A stretch of 64,000 nucleotides of DNA from the human T2T-CHM13v2.0 reference genome, Homo sapiens. Shown in pieces: positions 51,771 to 64,000 of this stretch (position 1 is its first letter; each line of letters begins with the position of its first letter). Location: NCBI RefSeq assembly GCF_009914755.1, contig NC_060926.1, one strand, 5' to 3'. Both the position numbers and the translations under genes were made by a program. The notes under the pieces are model-generated. The model worked only from the letters and a program-made list of their open reading frames with translations, was not told where the DNA came from and did not search any database.

Positions 51771-52309
51771 GATGGCTAGTTTTATGTGTGACTTGGCTGA
51801 GCCATGGTGCTCACATATGTGACCAAACATTATTCTAGGTGTTGCTAGGAGTGTTTGGAAGGAGATTAACATTTAAATCAGCAGAATCTGAGGAAAGCAA
51901 ATTGGCCTCCCTAGCATGGGTGGGCCTCGTCCCATGCTCTAAGGCCTGAACAGAACAGAATGACCTCCCTCCAGCAAGAGGGGGCTCTGCAGCAGCCGCC
52001 ACCGGCCTCCAGCCGCACCGTCAGCTCTTCCTGGCTCTCCAGCCTGCTGGTCCACCCTGCAGCTTTGGACCTGCCAGCCTGCATAATTGTATGAGCCAAC
52101 TTCTTATCCACTTATGCCATAGTGTTCCATTATTGGAACGCTAAGCATGTGAGAGTTATTTCTATCCTACTGCTCAAGGTCGTTGCCAAGGCCTGATTGC
52201 AAAAATTCAAAATATCGCAACCTCAGGCATAAATGGGTGAAAACAAATCTCTCCCTGTATATCTGCACAATCTACTGGAGCTGTTTCTCTGGAGACCCTG
52301 ACCAGTACA
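51771..52309 (+). mobile_element. MLT2-like ERVL LTR interrupted by MER85
   Basis: 'ttttatgtgtgacttggctgagccatggtg...gagattaacatttaaatcagcag...ctgtttctctggagaccctgaccagtaca'. Confidence 0.85.
52107..52237 (+). mobile_element. MER85 piggyBac (PGBD3-derived) MITE
   Basis: Termini 'tccacttatgcc' and 'ggcataaatggg', internal 'gttccattattggaacgctaagcatgtg...ctactgctcaaggtc...gattgcaaaaattcaaaa', and degenerate TTAA targets. Confidence 0.92.
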
Positions 52310-52793
52310 GAGCCCTCATGCTAGGATCTCTGGGCAAGGGGCAGTCTCTCTGCACCTGAATTGGCTCACTTGGTACATGGGGTAAGAATTGCATGGCCTC
52401 ATGGGGTTTCCTGAGAATTAAATGAGGTTGAGGGTGTAAAGTGGCATGGCTCTTCGGGAGCCTGCAGTAAATGTTAGGGATTGTGGAGAAGCAGGAGAGA
52501 TGTGTGAGAAGGAAAAAATAGGTAGAGGGAAGAGGAAAGGGGAGCAGGAGGGAGGAAAGCAAGGGAACCCCTCTCAGACCTGAGGAACCATGCTGAGGGG
52601 GCCCCACCTCGTGCTCGCAGTAGCTGCTCTCACCTCCCAGCATTGGACAATCATCCTCCTTCCCCAAGAAGACCAAAGCGGCCTGGCTTCCCCTTGGGAG
52701 GTGTGAAGGGAATTCCTCACTTCTGTGGCTGATGTCAATGAAAGACCCAGGCCCCGCACGATGTCTTCATGGCTAGCTGTTTTGCCTCCCCAG

Positions 52794-52969
52794 GTGAGCA
52801 GCCAAGGACAGCTGACTCAGTCCCTCCGCGGCACCTCCAGAGGACGCTGGGAAATGGTTTCAACATGAGCCAAATCCTGCGGCAGCAGGAGTGGTGAGAG
52901 GAGCAGGAGGCCAGGCTGACAACGTCAGCCACAGGCAGGCACAGCAGTGTCGCCAGTAGGCATCATCAA
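52794..52969 (+). other. Candidate exon with coding-like composition and one in-frame TGA
   Basis: Acceptor 'ctgttttgcctccccag|' and donor 'CAA|gtgagc', translating as EQPRTADSVPPRHLQRTLGNGFNMSQILRQQEW*EEQEARLTTSATGRHSSVASRHHQ. Confidence 0.3.
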
Positions 52970-53633
52970 GTGAGCATATGCCCATCGGAGCCTGCGTCTA
53001 GCCCCCTGCCCTGTACCCTTGCCCTGTGTATGTCTACATCTTTTAAATTCCATTTTAGCATGGTCACTTTGCGTGTCATTAACTATTCATGAAAAACTTG
53101 ATCACGATGGCTGCATAATTAATCCTCATAGAGAGGTGGCATAACTAACACAACCATTTCTCTATAGTTGAGTGATTCCATCTTTCACATTTTTTTGCTA
53201 TTATAGATAATGCTGCAGTGAAACTCCATGCCCATAATCTTTATGTCTTTAGGATAGAGACCCAAACCCAAAGTTTATACTCTTGAGTCCGCTAGTATAA
53301 AGTTTTTGAAACATACGTCAAGCTTAAAAGAAAAGGTTATTATCAATTTAAGCTCTCACAGTTGTGTTTGAGAATATATATATATACACAACAGTTTCCT
53401 GTTGAAAACGAACTCTGAGAATCCAGAATTGCACTTTTTTTTTTTAACACTACCCTCGGCTCATACCTGCAGAATTGCACTCTTGAGACATTGTGGACAC
53501 AGAGTATGGCCAAGGGCATTCTTTAAAAGAAGGGTCTTGAGGATGCTAAAATTAGACATTGATTTTTAAAATCCACTTATAAGCAAGTTTATGCCAGGAA
53601 AACATCTATTTTCTTAAATTAATACCACTCTTT

Positions 53634-53921
<288 letters not shown>

Positions 53922-54329
53922 AATAGCACTCTTCTGAAAAACAGAATTTTCTATGATTTCTACAACTGAAACTAAGGGGCCCTGTGTATGAACACTATGC
54001 AGAACTCTCACTCTCTCTCTCTCTCTCTCTCCTGTTTTTCTTTCTTCTTCATTTCCTCCCTTTATCAAATATTTGTTGTCAAACATTTTCAGGGACACAG
54101 GACATGGCTTTTGTTCTCACAATAGTCATAATCCAGTGTGAACAATATGCAAAAAGTAGTCAACTAGAACATCAAGTAGCTGGCTTCTGTCTCAAAAGGT
54201 AGTCATTCTAACAGCCTGATTTGCCTTCTCCTTATTGGAACTTCAATTCCCACAAAAGCCAAGTCATAATATCGGTCAACAACCCGATGGATACCAGGTA
54301 AACTCTCCACTAGCCAGAGCACAGAGGTG

Positions 54330-55270
54330 GCCCTGCAAATTGTTATAATAATTTATAGATACTATGATTGCCTACTGAGCAAGCCAAGATAATCAATTGA
54401 ACAAGTTATTAGAAATAGCCACATTTAATAACATGTTTGTTATAAGGCAAGGCAGGTTACGTTTTCTGAGGGTAGCAGAAAACTCCCAAACAGTGGCTTA
54501 AACAAGATAGAGAATTATACAGGATTTATATGAAGAAAGCCACAAACTTGACCAGGGGACATCAAAAGAGATTTGAGTAAACTGATGTTCCTCAACAGTC
54601 ATGTTTCTCAGTGAGCAGAACAGATATTGGGGAGATACTGAATTTAATAACTAAATCTATCACAATTTCAAACTAAATATTGCTGGGATGTTTTTTGTAT
54701 TGAAAACATGAGTTCATCTGGAGAAACTGACAAAAGAAAATAAGACAATGTTGGGAAAATATTTTATGAGGGAGATATATCTTCTTAGATACTGAAATGC
54801 TTTATAAAGCTACAATCAATAAAATGGTGTTACTGCAACAGTAATAGACTGATAGACTGAAAAACTGTTAAGATGACTAAAAGTCCATAAACACGTGTGC
54901 ATTATATAAAATATAAACTTATTTGTTATGTACGTGTACAGACACATACTTAGTTTATGATAAAGCTGGCACTTCAGACCAGTGGGTGAAGCATAGATTG
55001 TCCTGTAAATGATGGTATTGGGAAAACTGGCTAACCGCTGGAATGAATAAAGACAAAGCCATACATCACAGCATGTACCCAAATGAATTCTAGAAGGAAT
55101 TAAGGTTTATGTATAAAAAATGAAAACATGAGCATGGGAAGAGATTACATAGGTGAATATTTGACTTACTCTGTGGCAGGGTGAGTTTTTCTAGCACAGT
55201 GTCAAAGTCATAAAAACATGGTATGATTTAAGTACGTAAAAATTAAAAGAAAATTTTGTTTCAAAAAAGT
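54330..55270 (+). mobile_element. Old L1ME fragments
   Basis: 'tttataaagctacaatcaataaaatggtg' and 'aaatgatggtattgggaaaactggcta'. Confidence 0.55.
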
Positions 55271-55825
55271 GGCTGGAGGGAGGAGGAAACAAGAGGGGTG
55301 CTGGAGGCTGCAGTCAGGGTCATGAGCAACGTGTCCACTAGCATCCTTCATTCCTGGGCCTGCCATGCTGGTGGAAAGGGCTCCAGATTGCCGTTTGGGA
55401 AGCCCCACTCTGGTCCATGAAAAGGCCCATGTAAAAGACCCAGGACAGCCTGGCATCTGAAAGGCCCCGACTGTAGGGGTGGTGTTAAAGATACTGCCTC
55501 ACAGGTATCGGAGGAACCCAGGCCACAGGGCTGCCATCCATCAGTGTTACTTCAAGTAATTCTTTGGACACATGAGGAGGAAATGACCTCCAACACCAGC
55601 ATGAGGCAGGCACACGCGTCTGTCCGTCCCCGTGGGCAGCTCGCAGGCTGTGTTAGGAGCACCTTCAGGGCCGACCTCAGCTGGCCACCGCCACTCGCCC
55701 CCGCAGTCGGTCATCCCAAGCTTTTCTCCCAACACTGTGACAAAAGTTGGGCTCAATGTTAGAAGGATGAGGCCTGCAGTAAGGGAGGGCCACAGGCTGT
55801 TTAACGAATACAGCAGGACTGCCAG

Positions 55826-56075
55826 CTAGGAGGAGGAAGTTCTCATGTCCTATAGTGCCATAGGGGATTATAATTAACAACAATTTGTCATGTATTTTCA
55901 AGTAGCTGGAGGAGTGGACTTCTAATGTTCCCAAAAGAAAGAAGTGATACATGTTTTTAGTGATGGATATGCTAACTACCCTGATTTGATCATTACACAT
56001 TGTACAGATGTATTGAAATATCACACTGTACCCTATAAATATGTACAATTATCATGTGCCAATTAAAAATACAAA
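55826..56075 (+). mobile_element. L1MA 3' end
   Basis: 'gtgatggatatgctaactaccctgatttgatcattacacattgta...ataaatatgtacaattatcatgtgccaattaaaa'. Confidence 0.85.
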
Positions 56076-56087
56076 AAGAATGAAATT

Positions 56088-56383
56088 GGTCGGGTGCAGT
56101 GGCTCACACCTGTAATCCCAGCACTTCGGGAAGCTGAGGCGGGCAGATCCCCTGAGGAAAGGGTTCGAGACCAGTCTGGCCAACATGGCAAAATCCTGTC
56201 TCTACTAAAAATACCACAATTAGCCAGGTGTGGTGGTGGGTGCCTATAATCCCAGCTACTAGGGAGGCAAAGGCAGGAGAATAGCTTGAACCCAGGAGGC
56301 CGAGGTCGCATTGAGCCGAGATCACACCATTGCACTCCAGCCTGATCAATAAGAGACTCCATCTCAAAAAAAAAAAAAAAAAA
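56088..56383 (+). mobile_element. AluS
   Basis: Dimeric Alu with 'aatgaaat' on both sides. Confidence 0.95.
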
Positions 56384-56724
56384 ATGAAATCATGTCCTTT
56401 GCAGCAACATGGATGCAACTGGAAGCCATTATCCTACATGGATTAATGCAGGAGCAGAAAACCAAATACTGTATGTTATCACTTATAAGTGAGTGCTAAA
56501 CATGAGCACACATGAGCACAGGAGAGGAACAACTGACACCGGGACCTACATGAGGGTCGGGGCTGGGAGAAGCAAGAGGATCAAAAAACTACCTATGAGG
56601 TACTATGTTCACCACCTGCATGAGGAAATCATCTGTACACCAAACCCCAGAGACATGCAATTTACCCATGTAAGGAACCTGCACAGGTACCCCTGAACCT
56701 AAAATAAAAGTGGAAGAAAAAAAA
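56384..56724 (+). mobile_element. L1PA15/16-like 3' end
   Basis: 'catgtcctttgcagcaacatggatgcaactgg...caaaccccagagacatgcaatttacccatg...cctgaacctaaaataaaag'. Confidence 0.88.
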
Positions 56725-56883
56725 TAGAGTTGACATTATTTAAAAATATATAATAATATTTAGAGCAGAAAAAGAAAAAGATTAGGCCTGTAGAAATGAT
56801 TTAATTCGAAAATGTCTCTGTATTCTAATCCGGTGGGCTTGGATTTGTTTCTGTCCACTTTTCTGCTGTGCCTGTCACAAAAG

Positions 56884-57430
56884 CCCTGCACCTTAAGCAC
56901 GAGCTGGGGCCTCGGAGCGTGGGGCTTGCTCTGGCCTCCTGAACCCCACTGGTGTAGCCAGAAGCCCTGGGCTCAGCCCCCACTGCTGCGTGCTGGGCGC
57001 AGTGTGTCTTGGGCCGGACCCTGGCCTGTGCTGTCATGGTAAGTGCGGGAGGTGCGGGAGGGGCAGGAGGTGCGGGAGCGTGGGAGGGCGGGGCCGGCTG
57101 AAGGGGGCCCCCACTCTGAGAGCCACCAGCACAGCAGTGAAGTAGGGGGATGAGGAACAGGGCTGAGCTCCATGGCGGTCAGGGACACTCCCCAGGACGG
57201 GGCCTGAGAATCAAAGGAGGATTCCCCGCCCACAGCCAGCAGAGGAGCACTCCCAGGAGCAAACCACCGGCAAACGTGCTGGGGCGCCCCCGGGTTGGGC
57301 TCAGGCCGGGAGAGGCAGAGGGTGCGCGGTGCAGGCAGGGCCCTGCTGGGTCAGAGGCCAGGCCAGATCCCGCACAGAAGCAGGCGTGGCTCAGCACCTT
57401 GAAGCCGAGAGGCTTTGTGATCCGATTTAC
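56884..57430 (+). promoter_or_regulatory. CpG-enriched GC-rich segment with a candidate exon ending ATG|gtaagt
   Basis: About 25 CpGs in about 540 bp by eye (below the classical island ratio), a GGGCGGGG GC box near 57086, and donor 'gctgtcATG|gtaagt' at 57038/57039. Confidence 0.35.
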
Positions 57431-59531
57431 ATTTTCCAAAGGTGACTTTGTCAGGTGCCTGGAAGTGGATTAGGGCAGGCCATGGATTAGGGCAGGCCCT
57501 GAGGACAGAGCGCTGAGGGTCTGCTGCCTCCAGGCAGGGAGAAATGAGGAGGCCTCAAACCACAGGCAGAGAGAACAAAGCTCCCACCCCCATCTGTGTG
57601 GCAGATGAAAGAATCTGCCTCCGACTGCAATCAAAAAGCAGCACCAGATAGTATGTAATAAAACATATTTGTAGGCAACGTGAACTTAAATGAAAAGTAA
57701 GGGAATCCTCAGAAACAAAAGCAGTCACTGAAAATTGAATGGACAGCCTGTGACATGAAGCCCTGCGCCTAGGGCCAGGAGCAGCAGAAGTGGGGGACGG
57801 TGGCCCTCTGGTAGCCCAGAAGATTGGGTTTCTACAAACAGGAATGGATGGGGCAGATTGAGAGGATGGGATAGAGAGGAGCTGAGAACTGCTGCGTGAA
57901 GTTAGGACTCTCCAGGGGCCATTGCCTCAGAAAACAAAAGACCAATAACTGGAAAAATATTTACCTGCACGTATCAAATGACAACATGAAATTTTGTTAT
58001 CTTGGCCTAAACATTTCCCTGACAATTTCTAATCGTTTCCCTGCTTTTATGCAGGTTTGAACTTGAAATTTATACTATTTAAGCCAAGAAGTTAACCTTA
58101 AACTGTCCCCAAAATATTATATTCCTGGAAACCAACACAGAAACAAGGGCTAATTTCTCTGGACAAATACACCATCAACCGAGGCTTTTCAGAATCCCTG
58201 TGGCAGGCGGAACTCTCAGATGCCCCCGGGATTCTGGTCCCTGTGTGTGTTCACACCTTCTCCTAGTTAGGCACTCATCTGCATGCTGCGCTGAAGAGAC
58301 TTTTCAGATGTAACCAATGTCCCTATTCAGCTGAGTTCAGAAAAAGGCTATCCTAGGTAGAACCCCTAATCCGGTGATCCCTTATTAAGGAATAGGGTTC
58401 TTCCCGGAAGAAGGGATTTGAAAAGAAAGAGACTCCATGGCTGAGAAATTATCCATTGTTGGTGTTGAAGGAGGAGAGAGCCATCAGCCAGCCAGCTGGG
58501 CAGCCTGCAGATGCTGGGGGGCCTCCAGCTGGCAGGCAGTGAAGAGGCAGGGACCTCAGCCCTGCAACCAGGACTGCCGGGCAACCTGAATGAGCTTCAG
58601 AGCATATTCTTCCCCAGAGCCTGCAGACACAAACTCAGCCAGCACCCTGATTTCAGCCTGGCGAGACTGAGCAGAGAGCGCAGACGCATTATATCATCAT
58701 CCCTCTCGCCTACAGAGCAGCACACTGATGGACACACTGTTCCAGCCTCTACGTTTGTGGTCATTTGTTATGCACCAATACACATTTTGTTACCTAAAAG
58801 TGGGGTGTACTGTAACAAATACCTAAAAATGTGGCTGTGCCAGTGGAAGCTGACAGCAGGCAGAGGCATTCTTCTAAGAATGTTGAGGAGCGTGGCAGAA
58901 AAAGCCTGAAGTGCAGTGGACAGACTATTAGTAGAAATCTGTACTTGGAGGATCCTAGTGGTGAGACCTCAGAAGAAGAGGAGGGACATGTCATTGGAAA
59001 CTGAAAGAAGGGGAATCTTTACTGTTTATTGGCAGAAACTTAGCAAATTGTGCCCTGCAGTTAGGCAGAAAGCAGAAGGTATACATGACTGACTTGAATA
59101 AATTGCTAAGGAGATTTCCCAGCAAAGTGTTGAAGATGTGGCTGAGTTCATTGTTGCTGCTTATAGTAAAATGTGAGAGGAGGGAGATAACTTGAGAAAA
59201 GCACTATTAAACAAAAAGCAACCAGGACTGGATGATTTGGGGAATTGTCAGCCCATCCATATAGCTACGGACAATAAAATTAGGAGATTGCTTTCAAAGG
59301 CATGGCAGAGAAAAGAAGGTGAGGGCGTGACTGTACAACCTTTTGCTAAAACCTCAGAAGGATCAATGAGTCAGAGAATTCAGTCGTACAAAGGGCTCTT
59401 TCAAGAGATAGCATATGTGCCTCACAGGTCTTCTCAACCAAACCAGAGGACCACAGCCCTGTAGCATCTGGTCCTCAGCTGCATCAGCAAGAGCCAAATA
59501 TAGCAAAGAGATTATCTCAAAAAGATCTGTG

Positions 59532-60484
59532 CTGCAGTAAACTTACAAGTGCTGATATTTCTTTGACACACTGATTTCATTTCCTTTGGTTTATATTGCC
59601 AAGAGTGGAATTGCTGGATCATATGGTAATTCTATTTTTATTTTTTGAGGAATCTCCATACTGCTTTCCACAGTGGCTGTACCAATTTACATTCCCACCA
59701 AGAGTGTACAAGGGTTCCCATTTCTCTACACCCCTTGACTTGTTTTCTTATGTCTTTCTGATAACAGCCATTCTAAATGGAATGAGGTGGTATCTCATTA
59801 TGGTTTTGATTTGCATTTCCCTGATGAATGTTGAGCATTTTTTCCTAGACCTGTTGGCCATAACATGTCTTTTCATTAAAGGTAGCAGCATTTGCAACTT
59901 CCTAGACATGTCTTCCAAGATATGGAATCAACCCAAGTGTCAGCAGACAAATGGATAAAGAAAATGTCGTATATATACACAATGGAGTACTAATCAGCCA
60001 TGCAAAGGATGGAATCCTGTCATTTGCAACAACCTGGATGAACCCAGAGGACACCATCTTAAGTGAAATAAGCCAAACACAGAAACACAAATAAATACCA
60101 CATGATTTCACTCATGTGGAATCTTAAAAAAAAAAAAAAGTTGACATCACAGAAGCAGAGGTAGAACACTGGTTACCAGAGACGGGATAAGCAGGGTAGA
60201 AGGGAGGATGAGGAGAGTTTATTCAATGGGTACAAAGTTACAATTATGTAGGAGGAGTAAGTTCTATTGCACTGTGGAGTGATGAGGATTGACAGTACAG
60301 TACTGTGTATTATAAAATAGCTAGAAGAGAGAATTTTGAATGTTCTCACCACAGAGCAATGATAAATGCATGAGGTGATGGATATGTTAACTACCCTAAT
60401 TTGATCAGTATACAATATATGTTTATCAAAACATCAGACTGTACCCCATAAATATGTACAATTGCAATAAAATAGTGACCACTA
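59532..60484 (+). mobile_element. L1MA with 5' inversion (twin-priming structure)
   Basis: 59532-59871 is antisense L1 and 59915-60473 is a sense L1MA 3' end, with 'agatctgtg' duplicated at 59523-59531 and 60490-60498. Confidence 0.85.
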
Positions 60485-61143
60485 AAAGGAGATCTGTGGG
60501 CATGGCTTTTGCTTAATGGTCTGAATCCCAGTGTAATTCATGCAAACCCCACAAGGTTCTTGACTAAAATTGGGAAGAAATACTGCCAGCTTGGACTAAA
60601 AGGAACAGAGAGACTCTGAAATTAAAAAGACAGTCAGACCCTTAGGATTCCAGCAGCAGGAAGCGGGTTGATGAAACTTCAGCTGCAAATGCTCCTACCT
60701 TTAATGAAAAGGAAGAATGACTCAGAGCTCAGAGAACAGAACCAACAAGAGCCCAGAGGGTGAGCAAGATAACTGAGGAGCAAGGAAGGATAATTCCCAG
60801 GCATGGAAACCTAATCAAGGGTCTCTGGCTGGAAGTCATCCAGCTAGATTTCAAAACTGCTTTGGAGCAGTGACTCCTTTCTGTTTCACCTTCCATTTTC
60901 CTCCTTTTTAAACTGGAACATCTATAACTGTCACTCTATGTCTGTCCCACCGTCATATACTGGGAGTGTTGGGGAGATCACCTCTCTCTTGGATAGAGAG
61001 GAAATGTGTCTCAAAAAATTAACCCAGAAGCCTCATCCAAATCTGGGCCTGATTTACCTGATGAGATTTTAAACTTGGAATGATGTCTGAATGGGATTAG
61101 ATTCTAGGGAATGTTTGGAAGGGCTATAAATCATTGGGGTCCA

Positions 61144-61435
61144 GGCCAGGCACAGTGGCTCATGCCTGTAATCCTAGCACTTAGGGAGGCCAAGGCAGGT
61201 GGCTCACTTGAGGTCAGGAGTTCAAGACTAGCCTGGCCAACATGGCAAAACCCCATCTCTACTAAAAATACAAAAATTAGCCAGACATGGCGGTGCACAT
61301 CTGTAATTCCAGCTACTCGGGAGGCTAAGGCAAGATAATTGCTTGAACCAGAGAGGCAGAGGTTGCAGTGAGCCAAGACTGTGCTACTGCACTCCAACCT
61401 GGGTGACAGAGTGAGACTCTGTCTCAAAAAAAAAA
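61144..61435 (+). mobile_element. AluS (Sx/Sz-like)
   Basis: Dimeric Alu with A tail. Confidence 0.95.
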
Positions 61436-61701
61436 TTATTGAAATGTGGTAGGCAGATTTCAAAGATGGCCCTCAAGATTCACATCCCCTGATGTACACA
61501 CCTTGCATGATTCCCTCCCTATGAGTGTGAACAGAACCTGTGAGTATTACGGAATACCACCCCATGATTATGTGTCATTATATGGCAAATTGGGTTTTGC
61601 CAATGTAGCTAAGAAGTCTAATCAGTTGACTTTGAGTCAGTCAAAAGAAAGATTTTCCTGTGGGCCTAATCTAATAACAAGAGCACAATACAGCTGGTTC
61701 A

Positions 61702-62530
<829 letters not shown>

Positions 62531-62646
62531 TGCCTGTAATCCCAGCACTTTGGGAGGCCAAGGCGGGTGGATCATGAGGTCAGGAGATTAAGACCATCCT
62601 GGCTAACACGGTGAAACCCAGTCTCTACTAAAAATACAAAAAAAAA
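62531..62646 (+). mobile_element. AluY-like left arm only
   Basis: 'tgcctgtaatcccagcactttgggagg...gaccatcctggctaacacggtg...ctactaaaaatacaaaaaaaaa', with the SVA starting directly after. Confidence 0.9.
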
Positions 62647-63971
62647 GGCTCTCCCTCCTCCCCCCCCCCCCCCCCCCCCCAGTCTCCCTCTGATGTCGAG
62701 CCGAGTCTGGACTGTACTGCCGCGATCTCGGCTCACTGCAACCTCCCTGCCTGATTCTCCTGCCTCAGCCTGCCGAGTGCCTGGGATTGCAGGCGCGTGC
62801 CGCCAGGCTTGACTGGTTTGTGTATTTTTTGGTGGAGACGGGGTTTCGCCGTGTTGGCCGGGCTGGTCTCCAGCTCCTGACCACGAGTGATCTGCCCACC
62901 TGGGCCTCCCGAGGTGCCGGGATTGCAGACGGAGTCTCGCTCACTCAGTGCTCAATCTTGCCCAGGCTGGAGTGCAGTGGCGTGATCTCGGCTGGCCACA
63001 ACCTCCACCTCCCAGCTGCCTGCCTTGGCCTCCCAAAGTGCCGAGATTGCAGCCTGTGCCTGGCCGCCACCCCGTCTGGGATGTGAGGAGCCCCTCTGCC
63101 CTGCCGCCCAGTCTAGGAAGTGAGGAGCGCCTCTTCCCAGCCGCCATCCCATCTAGGAAGTGAGGAGCATCTCTGCCTGGCCGCCCATCATCTGAGATGT
63201 GGGGAGCGCCTCTGCCCCATTGCCCCATCTGGGATGTGAGGAGCGACTCCGCCCAGCAGCCGCCCAGTCCAGGAGGTGGGGGGCAGCCCCCACCCGGCCA
63301 GCCGCCCCGTCTGGGAGGGAGGTGGGGGACGCCTCCGCCCTGCCGCCGCCCCGTCCGGGAGGTGGGGGGTGCCTCTGCCCTGCCGCCCCGTCTGGGAAGT
63401 GAGGAGCCCCTCTGCCCGGCCACCACCCCGTCTGGGAGGTGTACCCAACAGCTCATTGAGAACAGGCCATGATGACAATGGGGGTTTTGTCGAATAGAAA
63501 AGGGGGAAATGTGGGGAAAAGAAAGAGAGATCAGATTGTTACTGTGTCTGTGTAGAAAGAAGTAGACATAGGAGACTCCATTTTGTTCTGTACTAAGAAA
63601 AATTCTTCTGCCTTGGGATGCTGTTAATCTATAACCTTACCCCCAACCCGGTGCTCTCTGAAACATGTGCTGTGTCCACTCAGGGTTAAATGGATTAAGG
63701 GCGGTGCAAGATGTGCTTTGTTAAACAGATGCTTGAAGGCATCATGCTCGTTAAGAGTCATCACCACTCCCTAATCTCAAGTACCCAGGGACACAAACAC
63801 TGCGGAAGGCCGCAGGGTCCTCTGCCTAGGAAAACCACAGACCCTTGTTCACATGTTTATCTGCTGACCTTCCCTCCACTATTGTCCTATGACCCTGCCA
63901 AATCCCCCTCTCCGAGAAACACCCAAGAATGATCAATAAATACTAAAAAAAAAAAAAAGAAAAAAAGAAAA
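62647..63971 (+). mobile_element. Near full-length SVA (A/B-like): C-rich head, Alu-like region, short VNTR, SINE-R, poly-A
   Basis: 'ctccctctgatg...ctggactgtactgcc', 'gggattgcagacggagtctcgctcactcagtgctcaat', VNTR, and SINE-R ending 'gaatgatcaataaatact' followed by an A tail. Confidence 0.97.
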
Positions 63972-64000
63972 CTTGTAAAAACCAAACCTTTCACATTTGT

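Noticed and set aside
62787-63932. Dense overlapping Pro/Gly/Arg-rich ORFs
   Set aside because: They derive from the SVA Alu-like, VNTR and SINE-R domains. The same SINE-R peptide appears at 37201-37422.

Overview
This is non-coding, repeat-rich primate genomic DNA. The two SVA retrotransposons restrict it to a hominoid, and a SINE-R variant shared by both copies hints at a non-human great ape such as orangutan (inference only). I recognise no intact protein-coding gene, RNA gene or CRISPR array, and nearly all listed ORFs are Alu/L1/LTR/SVA read-throughs or chance ORFs in GC-rich DNA. A large fraction of the window is transposon-derived: about 15 Alus, many L1 fragments, two SVAs, MaLR/ERV LTRs, DNA-transposon fossils (MER2, Tigger4a, Charlie1, MER20B, MER85) and MIR/L2. 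I cannot claim a new biological system. The best leads are: (1) a nested inverted-plus-direct duplication at 19.8-21.9 kb with a perfect templated hairpin at its junction; (2) possible + strand exons (a 19-nt micro-exon, a coding-like exon behind a recursive-splice-type AG|GT site, and an exon ending in ATG|gtaagt) that could be a decayed gene or an unannotated transcript; (3) a - strand exon-like segment encoding a cysteine-containing single-pass membrane C-terminus; (4) eight TAATTA homeodomain palindromes near an enhancer-like island; (5) a MER85 with an intact CSB-PGBD3 binding palindrome; (6) unusual SVA and L1 insertion structures. Subfamily names come from remembered consensus sequences, and the boundaries of old repeats are approximate.
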